Below, piece by piece: positions 1 to 5,935 of a DNA stretch of 8,079 nucleotides. The position numbers and the translations under genes are program-made. Within the stretch, counting starts at the first letter, position 1; every line of letters begins with the position of its first letter. Below the pieces are notes generated by a model. That model worked only from the letters and a program-made list of their open reading frames with translations. It made no database searches and was not told the origin of the DNA. Origin of the DNA: a virus (taxonomy: Duplodnaviria; Heunggongvirae; Uroviricota; Caudoviricetes); IMG/VR virus record IMGVR_UViG_2657244943_000011; one strand, written 5' to 3'.

Positions 1-114
1 ATAAAACCGGGTGATGCAAAAGTAGCCATTTGATTCACAAGGCCATTGACGCATCGCCCGGTTAGTTTTAACCTTGTCCACCGTGATTCACGTTCGTGAA
101 CATGTCCTTTCAGG

Positions 115-190
115 GCCGATATAGCTCAGTTGGTAGAGCAGCGCATTCGTAATGCGAAGGTCGTAGGTTCGACTCCTATTATCGGCACCA
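115..190 (+). tRNA. thrW: tRNA-Thr (anticodon CGT)
   Basis: 76-nt cloverleaf read directly: acceptor stem GCCGATA pairs with TATCGGC, D-arm GCTC-AGTTGGTA-GAGC, anticodon loop TTCGTAA (anticodon CGT, reads ACG), T-arm GTAGG-TTCGACT-CCTAT, encoded CCA at 188-190. Matches my recollection of E. coli thrW, a known island integration site. Confidence 0.9.
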
Positions 191-200
191 TTCTAATGTC

Positions 201-356
201 TCCCCAAGTCTACTCAAGTATTTAAAAACCTCTTATAATCCGCATGTTAGCGCCCCTTTTAGTCTTTTGACGTCTACTTAAGTACCCCAAAATCTACAGT
301 CAATTGGGGGTACTTTTGGGGGTATTTGCTGTTCAGTTTAGTGGAGGTACCCCCAA
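201..356. promoter_or_regulatory. att arm / integrase upstream region with clustered short repeats (probable integrase arm-type sites and int promoter)
   Basis: Direct repeats GTCTACTCAAGTA (208-220) and GTCTACTTAAGTA (272-284); CCCCAAGT at 202-209 and 351-358; GGGGGTAC (306-313) and GGGGGTAT (318-325) 12 bp apart; inverted partners GTACCCC at 282-288 and 348-354. Lies between the tRNA 3' end and the int start codon. Confidence 0.4.
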
Positions 357-1571
357 GTGAAACTCAATGCCCGTCAAATAGACACTGCCAAGCCAAAAGA
401 GAAGGCTTACAAGCTGGCTGATGGTGGTGGTCTGTATCTCTTGGTAAAACCTAGTGGAGGAAAATATTGGCGCTTCAAGTATCGTGTAGCTGGTAAAGAG
501 AAGCTGTTAGCACTAGGTGTGTATCCTGAAGTTACTTTGGCTGATGCTCGTGCAAAACGTGAAGAAGCTAAAAGGGGTATCGCTGGGGGTATCGATCCGA
601 TGGAAGCGAAACGAGAGGAAAAGATTGCCCGGGAAACGCAGTTAAACAACACCTTCAAAGATATTGCCCTTGAGTGGCACAGCAGCAAATTAAAAAAATG
701 GTCTGCTGGTTATGCTTCAGACATCCTCGAAGCCTTCAACAAAGATGTGTTCCCTTACATTGGCAAAAAACCAATCGCCGAAATCAAACCACTTGAACTG
801 CTGAATGTGCTGCGGCGCATCGAGGGGCGCGGTGCTACCGAAAAAGCCAAAAAAGTGAGGCAGCGATGCGGGGAAGTTTTCCGCTATGCAATTGTCACTG
901 GACGTGCTGAGTATAACCCTGCACCGGATCTCACCAGCGCGATGCAAGGTCATGAATCTAATCATTATCCTTTCCTCACAGCCAAAGAATTACCTGATTT
1001 TTTCAAGGCATTGTCCAGTTACTCAGGAAGTGCATTGGTTGTTATGGCGGCTCGTCTACTGATTATCACCGGTTTGCGGACTGGCGAACTGCGCGGTGCA
1101 TTATGGGATGAAATCGATCTCAACAAGGCTATCTGGGAGATACCTGCTTCACGGATGAAAATGCGTCGCCCTCATGTGGTGCCTTTGTCTAAGCAGGCTC
1201 TTTCGCTTATTGGGCAGATTAAAGAATTAACTGGCAATTATCCGCTTATGTTTCCCGGCCGTAATGATCCAAGGAAAACAATGAGCGAGGCTAGCATAAA
1301 CCAAGTATTTAAACGCATCGGCTATAATGGAAAGGTTACTGGTCATGGATTCCGGCACACCATGAGCACCATTTTGCATGAGCAGGGCTATAACACCGCG
1401 TGGATAGAGACGCAGCTCGCACACGTCGATAAAAACTCAATTCGTGGCACATACAACCATGCGCAATATCTGGATGGACGGCGGGAAATGCTTCAGTGGT
1501 ACGCCGATTATATGGATTCGCTCGAGCATGGCGGAAATGTGGTGCATGGTGAGTTCGGAAAATGCGGGTGA
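357..1571 (+). CDS. int: site-specific tyrosine recombinase, P4-type integrase
   Basis: 404-aa ORF, GTG start at 357 with GGAGG 10 nt upstream, TGA stop 1569-1571. N-terminus MKLNARQIDTAKPKEKAYKLADGGGLYL...KYWRFKYR is typical of the P4/CP4-57 integrase arm-binding domain; C-terminal catalytic motifs present (TGLRTGELRG box I, HGFRHT box II, Tyr-containing GTYNHAQYLDGRREM). Directly downstream of a tRNA in the same orientation. Confidence 0.9.
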   Translation: MKLNARQIDTAKPKEKAYKLADGGGLYLLVKPSGGKYWRFKYRVAGKEKLLALGVYPEVTLADARAKREEAKRGIAGGIDPMEAKREEKIARETQLNNTFKDIALEWHSSKLKKWSAGYASDILEAFNKDVFPYIGKKPIAEIKPLELLNVLRRIEGRGATEKAKKVRQRCGEVFRYAIVTGRAEYNPAPDLTSAMQGHESNHYPFLTAKELPDFFKALSSYSGSALVVMAARLLIITGLRTGELRGALWDEIDLNKAIWEIPASRMKMRRPHVVPLSKQALSLIGQIKELTGNYPLMFPGRNDPRKTMSEASINQVFKRIGYNGKVTGHGFRHTMSTILHEQGYNTAWIETQLAHVDKNSIRGTYNHAQYLDGRREMLQWYADYMDSLEHGGNVVHGEFGKCG

Positions 1572-1699
1572 CTGGTTGAGTATACAGTAGTAGACTTTGA
1601 GCGACGAAAGAAAAGGCTGTGTCTAGGGGCGCTCCCGAAAATCCGTACATCTCGACGGACTGGTACAGCCACTACAGTAGAGGACGCTGAGGTGTGCGT

Positions 1700-2497
1700 A
1701 TGATTGATATTCATGCCGAATTAAACGAATACAAAAAAGATTTTATTTCTTTACGTGAATTTCTTGAGGTCGTGCTTAAGGTCGCTGGTGATGATTATGA
1801 TGTTTCAGATGTCATAACTTGGATACTCAGGAGAATAAGCGGAGAACATATCCGCCTGTACACAGTAAATGAATTTAAGCTGTTGGAATCTTTTTGTAAC
1901 CCGTATCGGGATGAATTTGATTATGATGTTCTTTATAGAAATCTGAATGCGGTTCGGAAACGTGGTTGTTTACCTGGTGAGAGGGATGAAAATGGTTTTC
2001 TGGTGTCCGGTTATTGGGAAGATCCCGAATTTGAGAACATTGGATTTATAAGGGGTGAAATTTTCGCAATTTTTCCCGATGTCCTTGACGCGTTAACGAA
2101 GCTGGAAGGCGCTAACTCTTCTGAAAATGACGAGGCACAAGGACGCGATATTGAAAAGAAAGAGTTGCGTACAGAGGATGATTTATTATCCCAAATCGCA
2201 ATGCTGGAAAAAGAAAACGCAGAGTTAAGGGCAAGGATAGAGCAGTTAGAGCAAGAGCGCCCGATACACTTATATAAATACTGGGATAAAGACCCATTAG
2301 CTAAGGCTATTGAGATTAGAAACAGAGAGTGGGCCAATTACGATCCAGAAAATGATTTTGCCACTAGGGGAAATCAAGAAGCGATAACCAGGGAGCTTAA
2401 GCAGTGGGGGGCAAGTAATGCTCTTGCAACGCTCATAGAGAGGACTGCCTGCCCTATTAACCGAGACAACAGCCAAAAGAACGCAAAGCCGGATTAA
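1700..2497 (+). CDS. hypothetical protein, low-GC orphan cargo gene with central acidic linker and coiled-coil segment
   Basis: ORF track frame 1694-2497; I prefer ATG 1700 (GAGG at 1689-1692, 7 nt spacing) over GTG 1694. TAA stop 2495-2497. Three 60-nt samples counted at about 35-42% GC versus about 52% in an int sample. No recognisable catalytic or DNA-binding motif; heptad-like LLSQIAMLEKENAELRARIEQLEQER. Confidence 0.6.
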   Translation: MIDIHAELNEYKKDFISLREFLEVVLKVAGDDYDVSDVITWILRRISGEHIRLYTVNEFKLLESFCNPYRDEFDYDVLYRNLNAVRKRGCLPGERDENGFLVSGYWEDPEFENIGFIRGEIFAIFPDVLDALTKLEGANSSENDEAQGRDIEKKELRTEDDLLSQIAMLEKENAELRARIEQLEQERPIHLYKYWDKDPLAKAIEIRNREWANYDPENDFATRGNQEAITRELKQWGASNALATLIERTACPINRDNSQKNAKPD

Positions 2498-2510
2498 CGC
2501 ACCATACCGC

Positions 2511-2655
2511 ATACCCTGAGGGTGATTTACTGTTACCCTGAGGGTATTTTTTTATCTTCCCCGTCAATTTTACCATCACCCTTAGGGTAGATTTCCTCCC
2601 GATTACCATCACCCTTAGGGTTAATTTCCTTCCGGTAACCATTAGGCCTGAGGGT
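2511..2655. repeat. array of near-palindromic 11-mers ACCCT(G/T)AGGGT including a 33-bp tandem direct repeat; probable regulator/recombinase binding sites upstream of alpA
   Basis: ACCCTGAGGGT at 2513-2523 and 2535-2545; ACCCTTAGGGT at 2578-2588 and 2611-2621; partial GGCCTGAGGGT at 2645-2655. Tandem 33-mers TTACCATCACCCTTAGGGTAGATTTCCTCCCGA (2570-2602) and TTACCATCACCCTTAGGGTTAATTTCCTTCCGG (2603-2635), 29/33 identical. Confidence 0.7.
2535..2554 (+). terminator. possible weak intrinsic terminator after the orphan gene (palindromic 11-mer followed by T7 run)
   Basis: ACCCTGAGGGT followed by A then TTTTTTT (2547-2553), 40-60 nt after the 2497 stop. The stem is short and would need pairing between neighbouring repeat copies, so this is tentative. 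Confidence 0.25.
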
Positions 2656-2724
2656 ATGAAAATATTCGTTATTTCTGTGCCATGATTACCTCGTCAAATT
2701 GAGTAGACGTTATGAGGTAAATAT

Positions 2725-2922
2725 ATGTCAAATACGCTTATTCGTTTAACAGAAGTTCAGCGTAGAACTGGATATAGCAAGGCATGGATTTATCGCCTTA
2801 TGGGGCAAGGTAAATTTCCTGCATCAGTTAAAATTGGCTCGCGAGCTATTGCTTTCGTTGAGAGTGAAATTGACGAGTGGATTAATCAGCGTATTGCTGA
2901 ATCACGCGGAACAGCTACCTGA
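2725..2922 (+). CDS. alpA: AlpA-family (phage Vis/excisionase-like) helix-turn-helix transcriptional regulator
   Basis: 65-aa ORF with GAGGT 6 nt upstream of ATG 2725. Sequence MSNTLIRLTEVQRRTGYSKAWIYRLMGQGKFPASVKIGSRAIAFVESEIDEWI matches the AlpA/Vis HTH pattern as I recall it. Its position after a P4-type int is typical of CP4-57-like and PICI-like islands. Confidence 0.85.
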   Translation: MSNTLIRLTEVQRRTGYSKAWIYRLMGQGKFPASVKIGSRAIAFVESEIDEWINQRIAESRGTAT

Positions 2923-3000
2923 TTAAATGGCTACGGGGCCAGAAGCCCCCAGCTATCCACCAGCAAATAAAAGTAACTTAATTCGATAGCAGGAGTTTTT

Positions 3001-3801
3001 ATGAAACTGCGAAAAACGCCCGTACAGGGGCAGGGCTTCGTTCGGCCTGAAAACCAGAATCTGCAAAATTTCGGCGAAATTATCCCGGTTATTTCCGGCG
3101 TTATTGGCGGGCGTGAAACCAATATTGTTAGCGGCAGAGCGTTGCATAAGGCGTTAGGTGTAGGTCGCGTTTTCCGTTCGTGGATCAAGGGGCGCATTGA
3201 AGAATACGGCTTCACGGAAGGCGTGGATTATGAGGTTGTTGAATATTTGAGCCGACCCGATCCGGTGAGCGCAAAATCTCGCCAGCAAACAGCTCTTGAG
3301 TACATCATTACCGTGAACATGGCGAAAGAACTGGCGATGGTCGAACGCACCGAACAGGGGCGCGCCGTTCGTCAGTACTTCATCAAATGCGAGGAAGAGC
3401 TACACAAGGTTGCGCCTGTACGTTCCGCAGCGTTACGCCGGGAACTGAAAGCCCGTATCACAGTTGCCAGCTACTTTAAGCCAATGTGTGCCGCGCTGGA
3501 GGACTACCGGGCTGAACTGGATAAAAACACTCTACAGCACCACTACACCACGGAAGCCAATATGCTGGCGCGTATCGTGCTGGGTGGCATGACTGCAAAA
3601 CAGTGGGCGCAGGTGAACGGCATCACAGGCGAACCACGCGACCACATGAGCACGTTGCAGCTTGAGCACCTTTCTTACCTTGAGCAGAGCAATATCACGC
3701 TGATTGAGTTAGGCCAGGACTACCACCAGCGGAAGGCTGAATTAATTCGTCTTTCGCAGCGTTGGTTAGCCCGTCGCATGGAGGAAAACAGCCATGTGTA
3801 A
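3001..3801 (+). CDS. phage antirepressor-like protein (AntA/AntB N-terminal domain type)
   Basis: 266-aa ORF, AGGAG 6 nt upstream of ATG 3001, TAA stop 3799-3801. Segment RALHKALGVGRVFRSWIKGRIEEYGFTEGVDYEV...ITVNMAKELAMVERTEQGRAVRQYFIKCEEEL resembles the AntA-type antirepressor N-terminal domain from memory; not verified by search. Confidence 0.6.
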   Translation: MKLRKTPVQGQGFVRPENQNLQNFGEIIPVISGVIGGRETNIVSGRALHKALGVGRVFRSWIKGRIEEYGFTEGVDYEVVEYLSRPDPVSAKSRQQTALEYIITVNMAKELAMVERTEQGRAVRQYFIKCEEELHKVAPVRSAALRRELKARITVASYFKPMCAALEDYRAELDKNTLQHHYTTEANMLARIVLGGMTAKQWAQVNGITGEPRDHMSTLQLEHLSYLEQSNITLIELGQDYHQRKAELIRLSQRWLARRMEENSHV

Positions 3802-4260
3802 CGCTCTGACCGTTACAAAAAGAGAAAGCGCCCCGTTGCCGGAGCGCCTTTGTGAACGAATAGCCTACTGCGCCATATTGCTTACTGTCTACGAGGCAGA
3901 TTATAGCGTTGTGGTCGCACAGAGTGAAGGCGCTGATCACCGTTACTACAGCACGCCAGAAATGCAGAATATTTTGCTGCAAAATGCCGTTGGCCACGCT
4001 GTCCGGAAAGCAAAAAATTTTGCTGGTGGCGCGACTGATGCGATTTTGTCAGGTCGCCAGGTGCTGATCAATCTGATGTCTGATTTCGTTCTGGATAAAA
4101 CAAAGGCGACCGCAGAGAGCCGCCAGTGGAAAAGCTACATACTTGAACGCATCACCAACAATGCCACATTTGCGGCTGGTGGGCAATGTGTCAGCTTTGC
4201 ACCAATGACTCTAGGTTTAACTGAGGGTCATTATGGTGAATATGCTGGCTTGCTGGTGGG
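3794..4260 (+). pseudogene. uncertain ORF / possible gene remnant; good start signals but no credible stop (frame runs on to 5380)
   Basis: ATG 3794 overlaps the upstream stop (ATGTGTAA) and has TGGAGGA 8 nt upstream, the same coupled-junction architecture as real genes downstream. The first ~140 codons look protein-like; beyond about 4200 the translation becomes Cys/Ser-rich and then runs antisense through the minus-strand gene at 4519-4824. The end coordinate is arbitrary. Confidence 0.2.
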
Positions 4261-4518
4261 CTATTCCTGCTCTTTAACATCGCCATGCCGCGATGTTTTC
4301 CAGGTATGCGACCCCATTTTTGTGCGCCTGTACTCTTTAAGGAATTTCTCAAGGATAAACGCACAGGGCGCGAATCTGTCTGACTCATGCTCGTACGCTA
4401 TCTTTCTGCGCTGTCTTTTCCGTGCCGGTGATGGTGTATTGGTTGATTCTTTGTTGGTCATGGCGCTGCCCTGTAAAACGATGCACCGTAGTTCCTCACA
4501 CCACGGCGCTGGTGATGG

Positions 4519-4824
4519 TTACTCCTGTTCTTTGGCCTTGCGCCGCTGGAGTTCTTCACGCGCGACGGTGACGAGTTGCCCGATCTCCTCGGCTGCTTTG
4601 ACACCGATTTTTTCCACCTGCGCCAGTGCATCGAGCGAAGAAACCAGGGGATTTTCTCCGCTTCCTTCTGCCTGGCGGCGGGCGATTTCACCGCGAACGG
4701 CTGTAATCACGAAAGCGGCTATTGTTTCCCCTTCCGTTTTCGAATTTTCCATTTCCTCGATTACATCATGGGGGAAGCGGATATTTTTCATTTGCGATCT
4801 GCTGTTGATGTTTCCTGTTGCCAT
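4519..4824 (-). CDS. putative ribbon-helix-helix (Arc/MetJ/CopG-like) DNA-binding regulator
   Basis: 101-aa minus-strand ORF with well-formed composition, unlike the plus-frame translation of the same DNA. N-terminal KNIRFPHDVIEEME followed by helical GETIAAFVITAVRGEIARRQA fits a beta-strand/helix/helix RHH pattern. Divergent from the small-gene operon across a palindrome-rich intergenic region. Start could be ATG 4824 or the internal ATG 4791; neither has a strong SD. Confidence 0.5.
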   Translation of the reverse strand: MATGNINSRSQMKNIRFPHDVIEEMENSKTEGETIAAFVITAVRGEIARRQAEGSGENPLVSSLDALAQVEKIGVKAAEEIGQLVTVAREELQRRKAKEQE

Positions 4825-5014
4825 CAGAATGTCCGGTTATTTTGAGGTGTGTACACATTACACCAAAAGGTGTGTTGATAAAACACTTGACACTGTAGCA
4901 CACTTAAATCTAATCTGTGTATACACTAATGATTGTGGTGTATATACAGCAACGCCCCGCAGTGGTGGCACACATGCAGGGCGTCTAACCAAACCGTTAA
5001 ACGAGGTAACGATT
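4825..5014. promoter_or_regulatory. divergent promoter/operator region with three perfect 10-bp palindromes
   Basis: TGTGTACACA (4848-4857), GTGTATACAC (4917-4926), TGTATATACA (4939-4948); additional GGTGT/ACACC half-sites; consensus -35 hexamer TTGACA at 4887-4892 and TTGATA at 4875-4880. AT-rich relative to flanks. Confidence 0.5.
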
Positions 5015-5380
5015 ATGGCTGGAACACAGCATACCCAAACTCACCCTAAATTTATATACACCTTCCTGGCGGTGCACCGTGATTGCATAGCTGACGGTAA
5101 AAACACTGTACACGTAGCCGCTGATACGCTGGTTGATGCCTGCGAGATGCTCAATGACATGGGCTATATCTCGGCAACATGGAAAGGGCGCGAAGAAAAC
5201 ACGCTGTTTATTCAGAAATGCGAGAACAATTTTATCTGGCGTTTTATCGCCCTGAGCACAGCACAACCGCGCGTAATTCACATCGAGGCCACCAGCGAAC
5301 AGGAAGCGCGTCAGCAATCTCCTGATGGCTGCGTGATGGTATTCGCTGCCCGTATTCGCCAGGAGGTGCACCATGCATAA
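5015..5380 (+). CDS. hypothetical protein (first gene of small-gene operon)
   Basis: ATG 5015 with GAGGT 7 nt upstream, TAA stop 5378-5380; 122 aa. In frame with the run-on ORF 3794-5380 but with its own initiation signals. Stop overlaps the next start. Confidence 0.6.
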   Translation: MAGTQHTQTHPKFIYTFLAVHRDCIADGKNTVHVAADTLVDACEMLNDMGYISATWKGREENTLFIQKCENNFIWRFIALSTAQPRVIHIEATSEQEARQQSPDGCVMVFAARIRQEVHHA

Positions 5381-5738
5381 CCTGTCAATTTATGACCTTA
5401 ACAGCATTCAGTTTCGTGAGAAATTCACCGAGCAGCTACTGGTTAACGTGGAGAATGGACGCGTGGTAAGTAATTATCACCTGCCGGATGGTGCAATTGC
5501 CGGAAGCGTTGAAGCATTGCTGGAACTGGCAGAACGTGCGCGACTTATTAAGCCGTTAACGAACCATCACGATGATGATCTGCATTTTACCGGACGCATG
5601 GTGAGTCACTACGAAAACGGCGTCGAGGTATCCCGCGAACGGCTGCGTGATGATTGCTGTTTCGGAACACTGCCGGAATTTAGCGAACTGCTGACCCGTT
5701 GCGATTACCGGATCATTCAGGGGGGAAGTCATGGGTAA
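5373..5738 (+). CDS. hypothetical protein
   Basis: 121-aa ORF; strong SD AGGAGGT (5361-5367) 5 nt before ATG 5373; 8-nt overlap ATGCATAA with upstream stop; TAA stop 5736-5738. Confidence 0.65.
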   Translation: MHNLSIYDLNSIQFREKFTEQLLVNVENGRVVSNYHLPDGAIAGSVEALLELAERARLIKPLTNHHDDDLHFTGRMVSHYENGVEVSRERLRDDCCFGTLPEFSELLTRCDYRIIQGGSHG

Positions 5739-5931
5739 TCAGCCAGCAACAATGACAATTACCCTGAATGTGCCAGATGATTTCACCGGGCGCGTACTGG
5801 TTTACCTGGATAAAGGGAAAGTGAAATCACAATGCCGACTGCGAAATAATGAAATTGTAAGTACGGTAGAAGGCTTTTCTGAACTATGTATTCGTGCAGG
5901 AATAAAACCGGAACTGCTGACAGGAAAATAA
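5731..5931 (+). CDS. hypothetical small protein
   Basis: 66-aa ORF; start overlaps upstream stop (ATGGGTAA); purine-rich GGGGGGAAG just upstream; TAA stop 5929-5931. Confidence 0.6.
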   Translation: MGNQPATMTITLNVPDDFTGRVLVYLDKGKVKSQCRLRNNEIVSTVEGFSELCIRAGIKPELLTGK

Positions 5932-5935
5932 AACC

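Noticed and set aside
46-74. Candidate sigma70 promoter for the tRNA (TTGACG, 17 bp, TAACCT)
   Set aside because: The -10 match is poor (3/6) and it lies more than 40 bp upstream of the mature tRNA 5' end, so there is not enough support to annotate.
407-1714. Minus-strand ORFs 407-688, 717-965, 1227-1424, 1336-1650, 1508-1714
   Set aside because: All lie antisense within or across the end of the integrase gene, which has strong family-specific motifs. Their translations are Ser/Arg/Cys-rich and lack start signals.
2011-2642. Minus-strand ORFs 2011-2337, 2112-2297, 2297-2512, 2457-2642
   Set aside because: Antisense to the orphan gene or spanning the repeat array. The 2457-2642 translation is itself repetitive because it reads through the DNA repeats; no supporting start signals.
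2511-2655. Possible CRISPR array
   Set aside because: Repeat units are 11-bp palindromes with irregular spacing plus one 33-bp tandem duplication. There are no regular 28-37 bp repeats separated by unique spacers and no cas genes in the window.
2935-2949. GC-rich hairpin GGGGC-CAGAA-GCCCC after alpA as an intrinsic terminator
   Set aside because: No T-run follows on the plus strand, so it is not a canonical rho-independent terminator. It may be a processing or attenuation structure but evidence is insufficient to annotate.
2931-3215. Minus-strand ORFs 2931-3215 and 2953-3147
   Set aside because: Antisense to the antirepressor-like gene, which has a good SD and a recognisable domain pattern.
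4233-4277. 14-codon hydrophobic micro-ORF (MVNMLACWWAIPAL) with GAGGGT upstream
   Set aside because: Too short and unsupported to call; it lies inside the ambiguous region and could be coincidental.
3695-4691. Minus-strand ORFs 3695-3997, 4191-4388, 4458-4691 and plus-strand ORF 4576-4845
   Set aside because: Low-complexity, basic or Ser-rich translations overlapping better-supported genes in other frames; treated as chance open frames in GC-rich DNA.
4916-4950. Possible LexA (SOS) boxes at the TGT...ACA palindromes
   Set aside because: The palindromes are 10 bp with TGT and ACA arms separated by 4 bp; they do not fit the 16-bp CTGT-N8-ACAG geometry of the enterobacterial LexA box.
3794-5380. 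528-aa ORF in the supplied six-frame track
   Set aside because: Not a single real gene. Its last 122 codons form an independent gene with its own SD and ATG at 5015; its middle is antisense to a better-formed minus-strand gene and crosses an operator-rich intergenic region. Only the 5' part may be a gene remnant.
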